From: an uncultured Ardenticatenia bacterium
Lineage (GTDB): Bacteria; Chloroflexota; Anaerolineae; 4572-78; NAK82
Assembly (NCBI GenBank): GCA_937127125.1
Contig: CAKZLO010000010.1
Coordinates: 50,097 to 114,096 of the forward strand
DNA: 64,000 nt
Reading direction: 5' to 3'
Below the pieces are notes generated by a model. The model was not told the DNA's origin and did not search any database. It worked only from the letters and a program-made list of their open reading frames with translations. Of the stretch, positions 38,987-48,104 are shown in pieces; the first letter of the stretch is position 1, and each line of letters begins with the position of its first letter. A program made the translations under genes and the position numbers.

Positions 38987-39991
38987 TCACTCTGCTCCTA
39001 ACATCGCTTGTGCTTCTCTAACCCAATGAGGATTCCTGAGCATTGCTCGCCCGATCGCGACCAAGTCAGCCTGGCCTGAACGTACCACCTGATCGGCGAA
39101 GTGTGGATCGGTGATCCCGCCGGCCACGATGACAGGCACAGGTACTACCGCCTTGATCGCAGCCGCTACCGGGACGAAGTAACCCTGACTCTTGCAGTCC
39201 CAGTTGGGGATCTCGGCGCCACACATTCCACCTGACACATCCAACACTTCTACGCCGGCGGCTACCAGTGCTTGAGCTGCCTGCTGTCCTTCTTCTTCAG
39301 TCAGCCCTCCGGGCAGAAAGTCACTCCCTGGCATACGGTATAGAAGCAGGTGGTCGTTGGGAAGTGCGCGTCGCACTGCTCTCACCACACGCAATGGGAA
39401 GCGCAAGCGATTCTCGAGACTGCCTCCATAGATATCTGCACGACGATTGGCAAGTGGTGAGAGGAACTCACACAGAAGGAAACAATGCGCACCGTGCACT
39501 TCTACGAAGTCGAAGCCTGCTTCGGAAGCGCGCCTTGCGGCGGCGACAAAAGCTGATTCAATCTCATCCATCTCTTCCAACGTAAGAGCACGCGCTGGTT
39601 CGTGGCCTCCCGGCATTAGCACCCCATCCGACGGCGCCACCGGCTGACTACCTGTGCTGTTATAGGTGGCACGAGCTCCAGCGTGAGCAATCTGCACGCC
39701 AACTACAGCACCACACGCTTTTACCGCCTGGGCGAGCCGGGCTAAGCCTGACACCAGAGCGTCATCGTGGATGCCCAGCTGGTGTGGGTGATAGCGTCCA
39801 TCCCGACGCACGTAACAATGCTCAACGATTATCATCCCGACACCGGCCGCTGCACGTCGCACATAATGCTCAATATGTGACTCGGTCACCTGACCGTCGT
39901 CGCCTGCCATATCGTTTGCCATAGGGGGTAAAACGATGCGGTTACGCAGTGTAAAATTCTTGACTTGAAACGGGGAAAATAGGCCTGCCAT
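38987..39991 (-). CDS. NADH:flavin oxidoreductase (Old Yellow Enzyme family)
   Basis: FTLRNRIVLPPM N-terminus, VQIAHAGA, GFDFVEVHGAHCFLLCEFLSP, DIYGGSLENRLRF - classic OYE TIM-barrel motifs. Confidence 0.85.
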   Translation of the reverse strand: MAGLFSPFQVKNFTLRNRIVLPPMANDMAGDDGQVTESHIEHYVRRAAAGVGMIIVEHCYVRRDGRYHPHQLGIHDDALVSGLARLAQAVKACGAVVGVQIAHAGARATYNSTGSQPVAPSDGVLMPGGHEPARALTLEEMDEIESAFVAAARRASEAGFDFVEVHGAHCFLLCEFLSPLANRRADIYGGSLENRLRFPLRVVRAVRRALPNDHLLLYRMPGSDFLPGGLTEEEGQQAAQALVAAGVEVLDVSGGMCGAEIPNWDCKSQGYFVPVAAAIKAVVPVPVIVAGGITDPHFADQVVRSGQADLVAIGRAMLRNPHWVREAQAMLGAE

Positions 39992-40079
39992 ATTTTGCCC
40001 TTCTTTGTTGTGGCCACTGTGACATGAAAAAATCCCAGCCTTTTGTGCTTGAGATGAGTGCCTTGACGTCGTGGCAGCT

Positions 40080-41348
40080 CTACGTCAGCACCAGCTTTGC
40101 CAGTGCACCCTCGGCCGGGTAACCGTAGGCGAGCGCCAGAAGCTCCACCGGATGCACTGCTGGTTTGCCAGTGCCGTGGGTGATTTGCCAGCGGCATGTC
40201 TCACTATCGCATACGACCAAAGGGCCACCCACTGTCTCGATAAAATCAAACAACTGTTGTCCTACTGCCATTGCAATAGCGTATTTCTCTACCTTGTAGC
40301 CATATGTACCGCCGATGCCACAGCAAGCGGCGTGGCTCTCAATGATCTCCAATTGCGGTATCAAACTCATGATCTCCGCTGCTGGCCGTCCCAGTCGGTG
40401 GGCACGGTACTGACAGGGTGGATGATAGGCCAGGCGCAGAGGCAATGGCCTGAAGTCGGTCCGCAGGGTGCCCTCTTCCCATAACAAGAGCAGAAACTCG
40501 TGCAGGTCAAACGAATGCTCAGCAACCAGCTGCGTGTTCTCGTCCCACATATCCAGCAGCTCGGGAGCTTCTTCCTTCAGGGTGAGAATGCAGCTGGTAG
40601 ACGTGCCAATAATAGGCAATCCCTGCCGAGCATACTCCACCAAGTGCTGCACATTGCGCTCGTGATACTTGCGTGCTGCCTCGAATTCTCCATTGGAAAG
40701 CAGTGGTAACCCGCAGCAATTCTGCGGCGGGACAATCACCTCGCATCCATTGTGTTCGAGAACGTAGACCGCAGCGCGGCCTACACGTGGCTCATAATAC
40801 TCTGTTGAGCATCCGTGGAAGTACACCACACGCCGCGAGGTACCTTGTGGTCGTTGATAGCGGCGAAACCAGGAGGTGAAGCGTTCATGCGCAAAACGGG
40901 GCAGCGGCGCCTCACGCGCAATGCCCAGCGTACGCTCGGCAAACCAGCGTGATAATGGGTTCTGCAACAGCGCGTTGGCCAATGGAGCTATTGGTTGTCC
41001 TATGCGCCCCAGCAGCTCAGAGCGTGCGATCAGATTATTGCGGATGCGCAGGTTAAGTGGCACTCGTCCCTGTTGTACCATTGCCGCGCGTGCCCGTGCG
41101 TTCATCTCGGCGATTTTGACCCCGCTGGGGCATACCATGTTACAGACACGACAACCACTGCAGTAATCCACTGAATGGTCGGGACTTGGCTGGCCTGGTG
41201 CACGGAAGCGAGCAGCTTGTGGACCGACATACTTCGGACCAGGGAAAAGGTCACTCACCGCCGCCACTGGACAAGCAGATGTGCAGATGTTGCACTTGAT
41301 GCAGCAGTCTAAAGTTAATTCGGCAAGGCGAAGATGTTCAGTGTTCAT
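40080..41348 (-). CDS. glpC: Anaerobic glycerol-3-phosphate dehydrogenase subunit C (Fe-S/CCG domains)
   Basis: CIKCNICTSACP and CSGCRVCNMVCP ferredoxin motifs plus two CCG motifs (NCCGLP, ACCGIGGTYG). Collinear with E. coli GlpC as I recall it. Confidence 0.8.
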   Translation of the reverse strand: MNTEHLRLAELTLDCCIKCNICTSACPVAAVSDLFPGPKYVGPQAARFRAPGQPSPDHSVDYCSGCRVCNMVCPSGVKIAEMNARARAAMVQQGRVPLNLRIRNNLIARSELLGRIGQPIAPLANALLQNPLSRWFAERTLGIAREAPLPRFAHERFTSWFRRYQRPQGTSRRVVYFHGCSTEYYEPRVGRAAVYVLEHNGCEVIVPPQNCCGLPLLSNGEFEAARKYHERNVQHLVEYARQGLPIIGTSTSCILTLKEEAPELLDMWDENTQLVAEHSFDLHEFLLLLWEEGTLRTDFRPLPLRLAYHPPCQYRAHRLGRPAAEIMSLIPQLEIIESHAACCGIGGTYGYKVEKYAIAMAVGQQLFDFIETVGGPLVVCDSETCRWQITHGTGKPAVHPVELLALAYGYPAEGALAKLVLT

Positions 41349-42622
41349 ATCTCGCTCGTTGGTTTACACTGTTGCGCTGCGACGAATCCGGTGCTGAGTG
41401 CCACGCCCTCAAATGAACGCTCGCGTACCGCGTCGCAATGTGCTAGTGTAGTTCCTGCCACGTACAGATTCGTGTATATCACATGGTGATTCGCATCGAG
41501 CGGCTGAAGACGCTCATTTGCCAAGACCCCCGCTTGGTAGATGGGATGGCCACCCGGAGAAAGGAATTCTGCACTAAACCAGTTGCTGCGCTCCGGCACT
41601 GCCGCCAAAGGCAGATTGAAGATTACCTCACGCAGTGTGCCAGGATCCGCGGCGACAATGCCCGAGCCCAAGATGCCACCAGTTGCCAGTACGAAGGAGT
41701 GTGCGCGATGCGGTTTGCGCCGTGCCGCCGCCTGTGTCCAAACAGCTTCTACCACTCCATCTCGCTTGTCTGCGGCGATAACCTCCATCCCTTCAAAGAC
41801 ATGCCCACCTGCCCTCGCGATCGCGTTCATCAGAATGCGATGCAACCGCATTCCCGGTACAGAAGGCGGGAGCACTGGGATCTCAAATACGGGACATCCT
41901 AGTCGTTCCTGCAGATCATGCTGTACGCTGAGTGCGTTGTGGATGCCCAAGACTGCAGGGAATCCCACCCGCGCTGCATCGTGCAAATGAGGCTTGATGG
42001 CGTCTGCCACTTGGGCACGAAAATCGGCAGTCTCAAACAGCTGCGCGAGAGTTGTGGCGTTCACCAGGCGACGCTGCTCGGGTCGAGGGAGATCTAGCGT
42101 CAGATCGCGTGCCGGAAATCCTTGGGCAGCCAGATTATCAGCCGCGAGTGCTGGATAGAAGTCCAGGAAAGGACGGAATCCCACCAGTAGCATAGGATCT
42201 TGACGCTTCAGATCGCCCGCAATCATTGTTTCGGGTGCCAGGCAGGTGGGACGTATGGTGCCCAGAGCTGAGGGCAGCAGCCAGTTGCGTTCCAGAGACC
42301 CATGCATCGGGTAACCTGCTGTCGCGCATAATGTCTGAAACGCGGTAAGCGCCTGTTCCAGTGCTTCTGTACCCACCAGCGCATAAGGATGCTGAGGCAT
42401 TGCCCTCACCAGTTGCGCTAAAGCTTCAGCTGGCACCTCTACAGGCTTCTGATTATCAATCGGGTAATAGCCCAGAACGTCGATACAGCCTGCATGCCAA
42501 TGTGTGGCACCCCAGCCTTTGGCGATTACCCGCACGCGGCATCCCTTGCCAGCTGCTTGCCAACCAGCTACCAACCCTGCTAGCCCGGCGCCGATAATCA
42601 CAACATCTAGAACTGCTTCCAT
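41345..42622 (-). CDS. glpB: Anaerobic glycerol-3-phosphate dehydrogenase subunit B
   Basis: DVVIIGAGLAGLVAG FAD motif followed by GWGATHWHAGCIDVLGY (compare GlpB ...ALHFSSGSLDLL). ATGA overlap with glpC. Confidence 0.75.
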   Translation of the reverse strand: MEAVLDVVIIGAGLAGLVAGWQAAGKGCRVRVIAKGWGATHWHAGCIDVLGYYPIDNQKPVEVPAEALAQLVRAMPQHPYALVGTEALEQALTAFQTLCATAGYPMHGSLERNWLLPSALGTIRPTCLAPETMIAGDLKRQDPMLLVGFRPFLDFYPALAADNLAAQGFPARDLTLDLPRPEQRRLVNATTLAQLFETADFRAQVADAIKPHLHDAARVGFPAVLGIHNALSVQHDLQERLGCPVFEIPVLPPSVPGMRLHRILMNAIARAGGHVFEGMEVIAADKRDGVVEAVWTQAAARRKPHRAHSFVLATGGILGSGIVAADPGTLREVIFNLPLAAVPERSNWFSAEFLSPGGHPIYQAGVLANERLQPLDANHHVIYTNLYVAGTTLAHCDAVRERSFEGVALSTGFVAAQQCKPTSEI

Positions 42623-42670
42623 AGCTTCAGGTCCTTAGCCCAGATATCTTTCCTACGACAGAAACCTCCA

Positions 42671-44236
42671 TCACGCCATCTGGGTGATTTTACGGTCAGC
42701 GTTGAGTATGGCGCGATATAGCAGCTCATTCAGACGTGCTTGGCGCAGCTGATCGCCATTTAGCACAGGGGCCAACCCTTTCCAGCGTTCCTGCAGGAAG
42801 TCCTGCAACAGGCGAAAAGTTTCTATGCTGTTCTGAGTGTGCATCTGGTGCATAATGCCAGCAGCACGATAGCTGCAAAAGCCTCCCTGACACGGTCCCA
42901 TACCCAACCGCACATCGCGCCGCAAGTCATCCAGACTGGTCACTTCTCCACTAGCGAGGGCATGTTCTACCATCTGGTATGTAGCTAGCTCGCATTCGCA
43001 CACCAGCTCGCCTGGAGCGTTTCTCTCTTCTACGTGAGCTAGTGGAGCGCCCAAGTAGTGGTAGGTTCTACTGCTGCCTTCCTCTACCACTGGCAGCTCC
43101 TCGAGGTGAGTACGACATTCGCGTTGCGTGCCCAATAAACGGCACACGAGGTCGACCGTGTCCTCCGCCATTAGGCGATAGGTGGTCCACTTTCCTCCGA
43201 CAATGGTGACCAAACCTGCCAAACCATCTCGTTCTGTGTGATTCAGCAACACATGTCCGCGGCTGATACCACGATCGTTCTGTGCAGGTTCTGATGCGTA
43301 CAGCGGTCGTACTCCCGCCCAAGTACGCAGTATGCGCATCTCAGACAAGCGGGGCAAAAGCTTACTTCCCTCATCAAGCATGCGCTGAATTTCCCACGGT
43401 TCGATACCGTAGTGGTCAGCATCTTCCACAGGCACGTCAGTAGTACCGATAACTGCTACTGTATGTGCTGGCACGATGATATCGCCGTCTGACGGCGGAC
43501 GGCAACGATTGACCACCGTGTTAAGGACGCGATGGTTGATGGCTACCATTGTCCCTTTGCCGCACAATACAGGTACATTCAGACCGGCTAACGCTGCAAT
43601 CTGCCCAGCCCATGCCCCGGCAGCGTTAACCACCACATCAGTGTAGATGACTACTTCTTCATCTCGTACCATATCGCGACAGATGGCACCATTAACTTTG
43701 TCTGCTGTAACAAGCAGCTTTTGCACCTGGTGGTAGGTAAAAGCTTGTGCGCCATGAGCACGCGCGGAAGCTACATTGGCTTCAGCAGCACGGAATGAGT
43801 CAGCAGCTCCATCAGGCACATGGAAACAGCGTGTGATGTGAGGGTTCAACAGTGGCTCAGCACGCAGCATCTGGGAGATTGAGATCTCTTCTACCGGGAT
43901 GTTTGCTTGGCGACAGCCAGCCAGGAACTGTGGCACAAAGGATTCTTCATCCCAGGGGGTCACAACAAAGAAACCCCCTGTGTCTTCAATGCAGTGTGGC
44001 ATGATGCGTCGAAGGATGCGATTCTCCTGGATACATTCACTGGCTGTTTGGGGGTCGCGCACGACGTAGCGTGCACCGCTGTGCAACAGTCCGTGATAGC
44101 GCCCGGTAGTGCCATGGGCAAGGTCATAGCGCTCTACCAACATAGCACGGAAACCTCGCATCGCGAGGTCACGCAGCACCCCTATGCCGGTGGCCCCACC
44201 ACCAATTACTAGTACTTCAGTCTCAAGTCGCCGCAT
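42671..44236 (-). CDS. glpA: Anaerobic glycerol-3-phosphate dehydrogenase subunit A
   Basis: VLVIGGGATGIGVLRD, GTTGRYHGLLHSGARY, the VCECE...GMGPCQGGFC BFD-like [2Fe-2S] tail, and ERWKG. ATG 44236 overlaps the aldolase stop by 14 nt. Confidence 0.85.
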   Translation of the reverse strand: MRRLETEVLVIGGGATGIGVLRDLAMRGFRAMLVERYDLAHGTTGRYHGLLHSGARYVVRDPQTASECIQENRILRRIMPHCIEDTGGFFVVTPWDEESFVPQFLAGCRQANIPVEEISISQMLRAEPLLNPHITRCFHVPDGAADSFRAAEANVASARAHGAQAFTYHQVQKLLVTADKVNGAICRDMVRDEEVVIYTDVVVNAAGAWAGQIAALAGLNVPVLCGKGTMVAINHRVLNTVVNRCRPPSDGDIIVPAHTVAVIGTTDVPVEDADHYGIEPWEIQRMLDEGSKLLPRLSEMRILRTWAGVRPLYASEPAQNDRGISRGHVLLNHTERDGLAGLVTIVGGKWTTYRLMAEDTVDLVCRLLGTQRECRTHLEELPVVEEGSSRTYHYLGAPLAHVEERNAPGELVCECELATYQMVEHALASGEVTSLDDLRRDVRLGMGPCQGGFCSYRAAGIMHQMHTQNSIETFRLLQDFLQERWKGLAPVLNGDQLRQARLNELLYRAILNADRKITQMA

Positions 44237-45188
44237 TGTGATGTAATCTCTCACGCACCTCGTTGAGCATCCCGGCACAGCCGAACTGTTCGCTGCGCGT
44301 CGTGATCAAGCGTACGAATTCCTCCATAAAAATGGCACCAGGATGACGAAAATCGAAGTTTTTCGGATAATCGCGAAAATGTTCGCGATGGACGCGATAC
44401 CACACGAGATGTGCATCCGTGTGAATATTGACCTTGGTCACACCCAATGGCCACAAATGTGCAAATTCAGTTGGATCTACTCCGCGTGCATCCGGATTAA
44501 GGTTTCCACCGGCGGCATTGATTCGAGCTATCTCATCCGACGGAACCGAAGAGGCCCCGTGCAGCACGAGAGGAAAACCCTGAGGAAGTCGTGCTCTAAT
44601 TTCTGCCAGTCGGTCGAGGTGTAGACGCTGTTCTCCTTGGAACTTGTAGGCACCGTGGCTGGTGCCGATAGCAACTGCGAGGCTATCACAGCCGGTACGC
44701 GCAACGAACTCAGCTGCCTGGTCAGGATCAGTCAATGCAGACTGTGCATTTGCGCTATGATCTGCTTCCTGACCAGCCACAACGCCTAACTCTGCTTCTA
44801 CGCTGATTCCGGCCGCGTGTGCACGTTCAACAATACGCCGTGTGATAGCGATGTTCTCGTCAAATGGAAGGTGCGAAGCGTCGATCATCACAGAACTGTA
44901 GAATCCAGAACGGATGGCATCCAAGCAGTGTGCTTCGTCCCCGTGATCGAGATGCATTGCAGCAACAGCTTGGGGGTACATTTCATCGGCAGCACGCACC
45001 ATTGCTTGCAACATGCGTGCACCGGCATAGTCGCGTGCAAATGGCACCGTGGCAATGATAACCGGAGCCTGTGCTTTCAGACTACCTCGGAAAACGGCTA
45101 ACACCTGCTCCATATTCTGCACGTTGTAGGCACCGACGATGAAACGACCGTAAGCGATTTTAAGCAGGTCTAGAGTGGGTACGAGCAT
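44223..45188 (-). CDS. fba: Class II fructose/ketose-bisphosphate aldolase
   Basis: GAYNV, MHLDHG, SVMIDASH, EAELG, LAVAIGTSHGAYKF and LVLHGASSVP motifs of class II aldolases. Confidence 0.85.
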   Translation of the reverse strand: MLVPTLDLLKIAYGRFIVGAYNVQNMEQVLAVFRGSLKAQAPVIIATVPFARDYAGARMLQAMVRAADEMYPQAVAAMHLDHGDEAHCLDAIRSGFYSSVMIDASHLPFDENIAITRRIVERAHAAGISVEAELGVVAGQEADHSANAQSALTDPDQAAEFVARTGCDSLAVAIGTSHGAYKFQGEQRLHLDRLAEIRARLPQGFPLVLHGASSVPSDEIARINAAGGNLNPDARGVDPTEFAHLWPLGVTKVNIHTDAHLVWYRVHREHFRDYPKNFDFRHPGAIFMEEFVRLITTRSEQFGCAGMLNEVRERLHHNAAT

Positions 45189-45323
45189 TGAAGGTGACTC
45201 CCGAGCACTTGATGTTGAGAACTATTGCGAACAAGTGACATAGATAACTCAATTCAGTACTTAGGTGGACAGGTGAACTGACCTCATAACTTTCTTGGGA
45301 TGTCCATCTTAGAGAGAACGGTG

Positions 45324-46259
45324 TCAACGTGGCGTTTCAATCAAGAAATAGATCTCCAGTTCGACGTTGCCGCGATTAGCACGATTGGGGTCAATAGTGT
45401 GATAGTCACGCAGAATGGCCCCTTCGAAGATCTCGGGAAATGCTTCAACTAACACACGGTTGACCTCACGAGCGATCCTATTCCCTTCAAATGGATCTGG
45501 TGAAACGCCAAAGGTTAGCACAATACCTGCGCGGCGCGATCTGAGGGCAGCCAATCTCTCTCGTATCTGAGCGCGCACCTGCTCAACAGCGCGTGCTTTT
45601 TCCTCCCCAGCCGGTGACAACAGTGCGTCTGCATTGGTCACCAAGGTAATCGTCGAGGAACGCGCATCAAGCCCAGTACGGGGTAGCGGTGTATGCGTAG
45701 GCAGCGGTCGCGGTGTCGGCCACGGAGTGTAGGTCGGATACGGTGTCGGTGTTGGGCCTGGCGTATAGGTCGGGTAGGGGGTGGGTGATGGCCCTGGCGT
45801 ATAGGTTGGGTAAGGGGTCGGCGTCGGCCCTGGCGTATAGGTTGGGTAAGGGGTCGGTGTCGGCCCCGGTGTGTAGGTTGGGTAAGGGGTCGGTGTTGGG
45901 CCTGGCGTATAGGTTGGGTAGGGGGTCGGCGTCGGCCCCGGTGTGTAGGTTGGGTAAGGGGTCGGTGTTGGGCCTGGCGTATAGGTCGGATAGGGTGTGT
46001 AGGTTGGTCCTGGTGTGTAAGTCGGATAGGGTGTGAAGGTTGGGCCAGGAGTAAACGTAGGATATGGTGTTGGTGTTGGGCCAGGTGTATATGTCGGATA
46101 TGGCGTCGGCGTGGGACCGGGTGTAGGTGTCGGCCGTACACCAACTGTGTTAAATACGAAAAACAACATAGCTAGCCCAAGCAGCAGATCGGCAAACAAC
46201 CACCCTGCTAGGGCGATGGTATCACGATAACGTGAACGACGCGGTACCCGGATGGTCAT
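45324..46259 (-). CDS. Membrane-anchored protein with long Pro/Thr/Tyr repeat rod and ~115-aa C-terminal domain (unknown family)
   Basis: Basic N-terminus plus one TM (IALAGWLFADLLLGLAMLFFVF). Residues 42-193 are PT-rich, with 11 copies of PGPTPTPYPTYT. A unique C-terminal domain follows. ATGA overlap with the upstream gene's stop. Confidence 0.7.
   Translation of the reverse strand: MTIRVPRRSRYRDTIALAGWLFADLLLGLAMLFFVFNTVGVRPTPTPGPTPTPYPTYTPGPTPTPYPTFTPGPTFTPYPTYTPGPTYTPYPTYTPGPTPTPYPTYTPGPTPTPYPTYTPGPTPTPYPTYTPGPTPTPYPTYTPGPTPTPYPTYTPGPSPTPYPTYTPGPTPTPYPTYTPWPTPRPLPTHTPLPRTGLDARSSTITLVTNADALLSPAGEEKARAVEQVRAQIRERLAALRSRRAGIVLTFGVSPDPFEGNRIAREVNRVLVEAFPEIFEGAILRDYHTIDPNRANRGNVELEIYFLIETPR
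45726..46121 (-). repeat. Coding tandem repeat, 11 x 36 bp (PGPTPTPYPTYT units)
   Basis: A 36-nt period is visible directly on the plus strand, e.g. ggccctggcgtataggttgggtaaggggtcggcgtc repeated with few substitutions. Degenerate copies flank the core. Confidence 0.9.
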
Positions 46260-48016
46260 CGCAGCACCGGGAGTAATCCGATTAAGAGCAGAATGTAGGC
46301 ACCTGCCCCGACGCCCAGGCCGAAGCCTAGACCGATGCCCAGGAACAGCATTCGCGAGCGCGGCGCCGGCGTTGAGTAAGCCGGCTTACCCCGATACAAG
46401 AGCAAACGTGCACCCATCTGATCCGGGCTGCTGACCACCTCGCTAAGGCGGCGGGCCTGTTCGGACAGCAGGTCTATCGCTCCGCGCAAATCGTTGGTGA
46501 CAGGCTGCAGTTCGCGGAATGTGATACCGGCTGTCTCGGCAGCGCTGCTCAGGTTGTCGGAGACGCGAACAATTTGCCCTGCAGATTGGGCGAGTTGCTG
46601 GGCTAAGCTGGCTTGCGACTGAATTGCTCGTGTCAGTTCGTCTGTTACATGAGCAAGAGCAGAGATCGTCTGTTGGTTTACAGTGGCAGTACTTTTGAGC
46701 TGGCTGATGGCTTGGTAGGTTGTGGCGCTCAAGTCTTCAGCAGATCGCGACATCTGCTCGGCAGACTGGGTAAGTTGGCGGGACATTTCAGCGTTTGATT
46801 GAATGAGTCTTGTCAACTCCGCGACCGCCTGACGCAGCGTCGAGGCAGCAATCTGATTGATGCTAGTGGTGTCGCGGAACTCACTTGTGGCAGTCTGCAG
46901 ATTGCGTGTGATTTCGCGGTTCGTTTCGCGTGTTTCCAGCAATGCGCGCCGCAACGCGGTATCTTCCTCCACCAGACGTGATGCCAAGTCACGCATCTCG
47001 TCTATGGCTGCAGCTAGACCGGTGATGTTATCGCTGCTACGCGATGCAGCTATCCCTAGTTCACTGACCGCTGTGGCTAGGCTCTGACGCAGTACGCGCA
47101 CTGCCTCTGCCATTTCATGTGAGCCGATGTCGGCCGAATCCAGTGACCTGAGTAGTAACTCTTGCTGCTGGCCTACACGTTGAATCTCATCCGAGAACCG
47201 ATCAATCGAGCTCTGCAACCGTTCATAGACTTGTTCCACTGACTGCCCGTATTGGGTAAGCTTGGTGGCTGCTTCGCTCACCAAGTGCAGATGGTCGAGC
47301 TCTTGTTCACGTGAGGCTGCAATGCTTTCAAGCCGTTGACGCTCAGCGAGCATCAGGTCGAGCAGCTCATTAGCGTGGATGCGAAAGCGATCGACAGCCT
47401 CGCCCATAGTGATCGCTACTTGGTTGATGTCCTGATTGCTACGTTGTGCAGCGATATACCGGTCCAGATCCCAAATAATCTCTTCTACCTGACTGCGCAG
47501 CGTAGCGGCCTCTCGCTCAGCGCTCGTCTCTTGAACATCACGCCATCGGTGCACTACCACTGTCAACGCAATGACAACAAATAAAACGATGAAGTCCACG
47601 AGTGCTAATTCGCTGAATGTCGGCCCATGGCGTGCACCTAGTTCCTGAAAACCACGTTCCCAAAGTAGCAGAAAAGGCTGGTCCACCAGCTCCGGGTAAA
47701 GGGTGATGACCCGGTCGTAGTTAGCACTTGCCTGGGACAGACCAATCCACGTAAATGCAATTGGAAAGAGCACGAGTACATTGCGTAGCCATTCCACCCA
47801 ACTTAAATAGCTGGGTCTGCGCTGTACGACGACACGTTCCTCAATCCCTTGTGGATCCAAGATAGCACGTGCGTCGAGATAGGCCAGGTCACGTCGTGGG
47901 GGGACTTCTTCCAGCGCAGCCTTAATGTCACGCAGACGACGGGCGGCGTCACTGTCGACCCTCTCCAATTGTATTGCAAGTGACTGGATCTTGGCTGATA
48001 GATCAGAATTACTCAT
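46256..48016 (-). CDS. Polytopic coiled-coil membrane protein (unknown family)
   Basis: ATG 48016 is preceded by AAGGTAAGGTGAG. N-terminal coiled coil, two TMs (VLVLFPIAFTWIGL, LVDFIVLFVVIALTVVV), about 370 aa of Gln/Ser/Ala/Leu-rich helical sequence with an internal ~50-aa duplication, and a C-terminal Gly-rich TM (LFLGIGLGFGLGVGAGAYILLLIGLL). Confidence 0.65.
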   Translation of the reverse strand: MSNSDLSAKIQSLAIQLERVDSDAARRLRDIKAALEEVPPRRDLAYLDARAILDPQGIEERVVVQRRPSYLSWVEWLRNVLVLFPIAFTWIGLSQASANYDRVITLYPELVDQPFLLLWERGFQELGARHGPTFSELALVDFIVLFVVIALTVVVHRWRDVQETSAEREAATLRSQVEEIIWDLDRYIAAQRSNQDINQVAITMGEAVDRFRIHANELLDLMLAERQRLESIAASREQELDHLHLVSEAATKLTQYGQSVEQVYERLQSSIDRFSDEIQRVGQQQELLLRSLDSADIGSHEMAEAVRVLRQSLATAVSELGIAASRSSDNITGLAAAIDEMRDLASRLVEEDTALRRALLETRETNREITRNLQTATSEFRDTTSINQIAASTLRQAVAELTRLIQSNAEMSRQLTQSAEQMSRSAEDLSATTYQAISQLKSTATVNQQTISALAHVTDELTRAIQSQASLAQQLAQSAGQIVRVSDNLSSAAETAGITFRELQPVTNDLRGAIDLLSEQARRLSEVVSSPDQMGARLLLYRGKPAYSTPAPRSRMLFLGIGLGFGLGVGAGAYILLLIGLLPVLR

Positions 48017-48104
48017 GCTCACCTTACCTTTCGATTTGGAACGCAGCACGCGTGTTTTGCCTCTGCCGCTGTGTTGGCTTGTGAGACCTCAGGATATAAG
48101 AAAA

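Noticed and set aside
45638-46230. ORFs 45638..46144(-), 45713..46036(+) and 46033..46230(+) inside the PT-repeat region, and the idea that the 36-bp repeat could be a CRISPR array
   Set aside because: They are alternative-frame or antisense readings of a perfectly periodic coding repeat, which stays open in several frames. The units are contiguous with no unique spacers, so this is not CRISPR. The frame giving TM anchor, PT rod and C-terminal domain, with an ATGA coupling to the upstream gene, is the coherent one.
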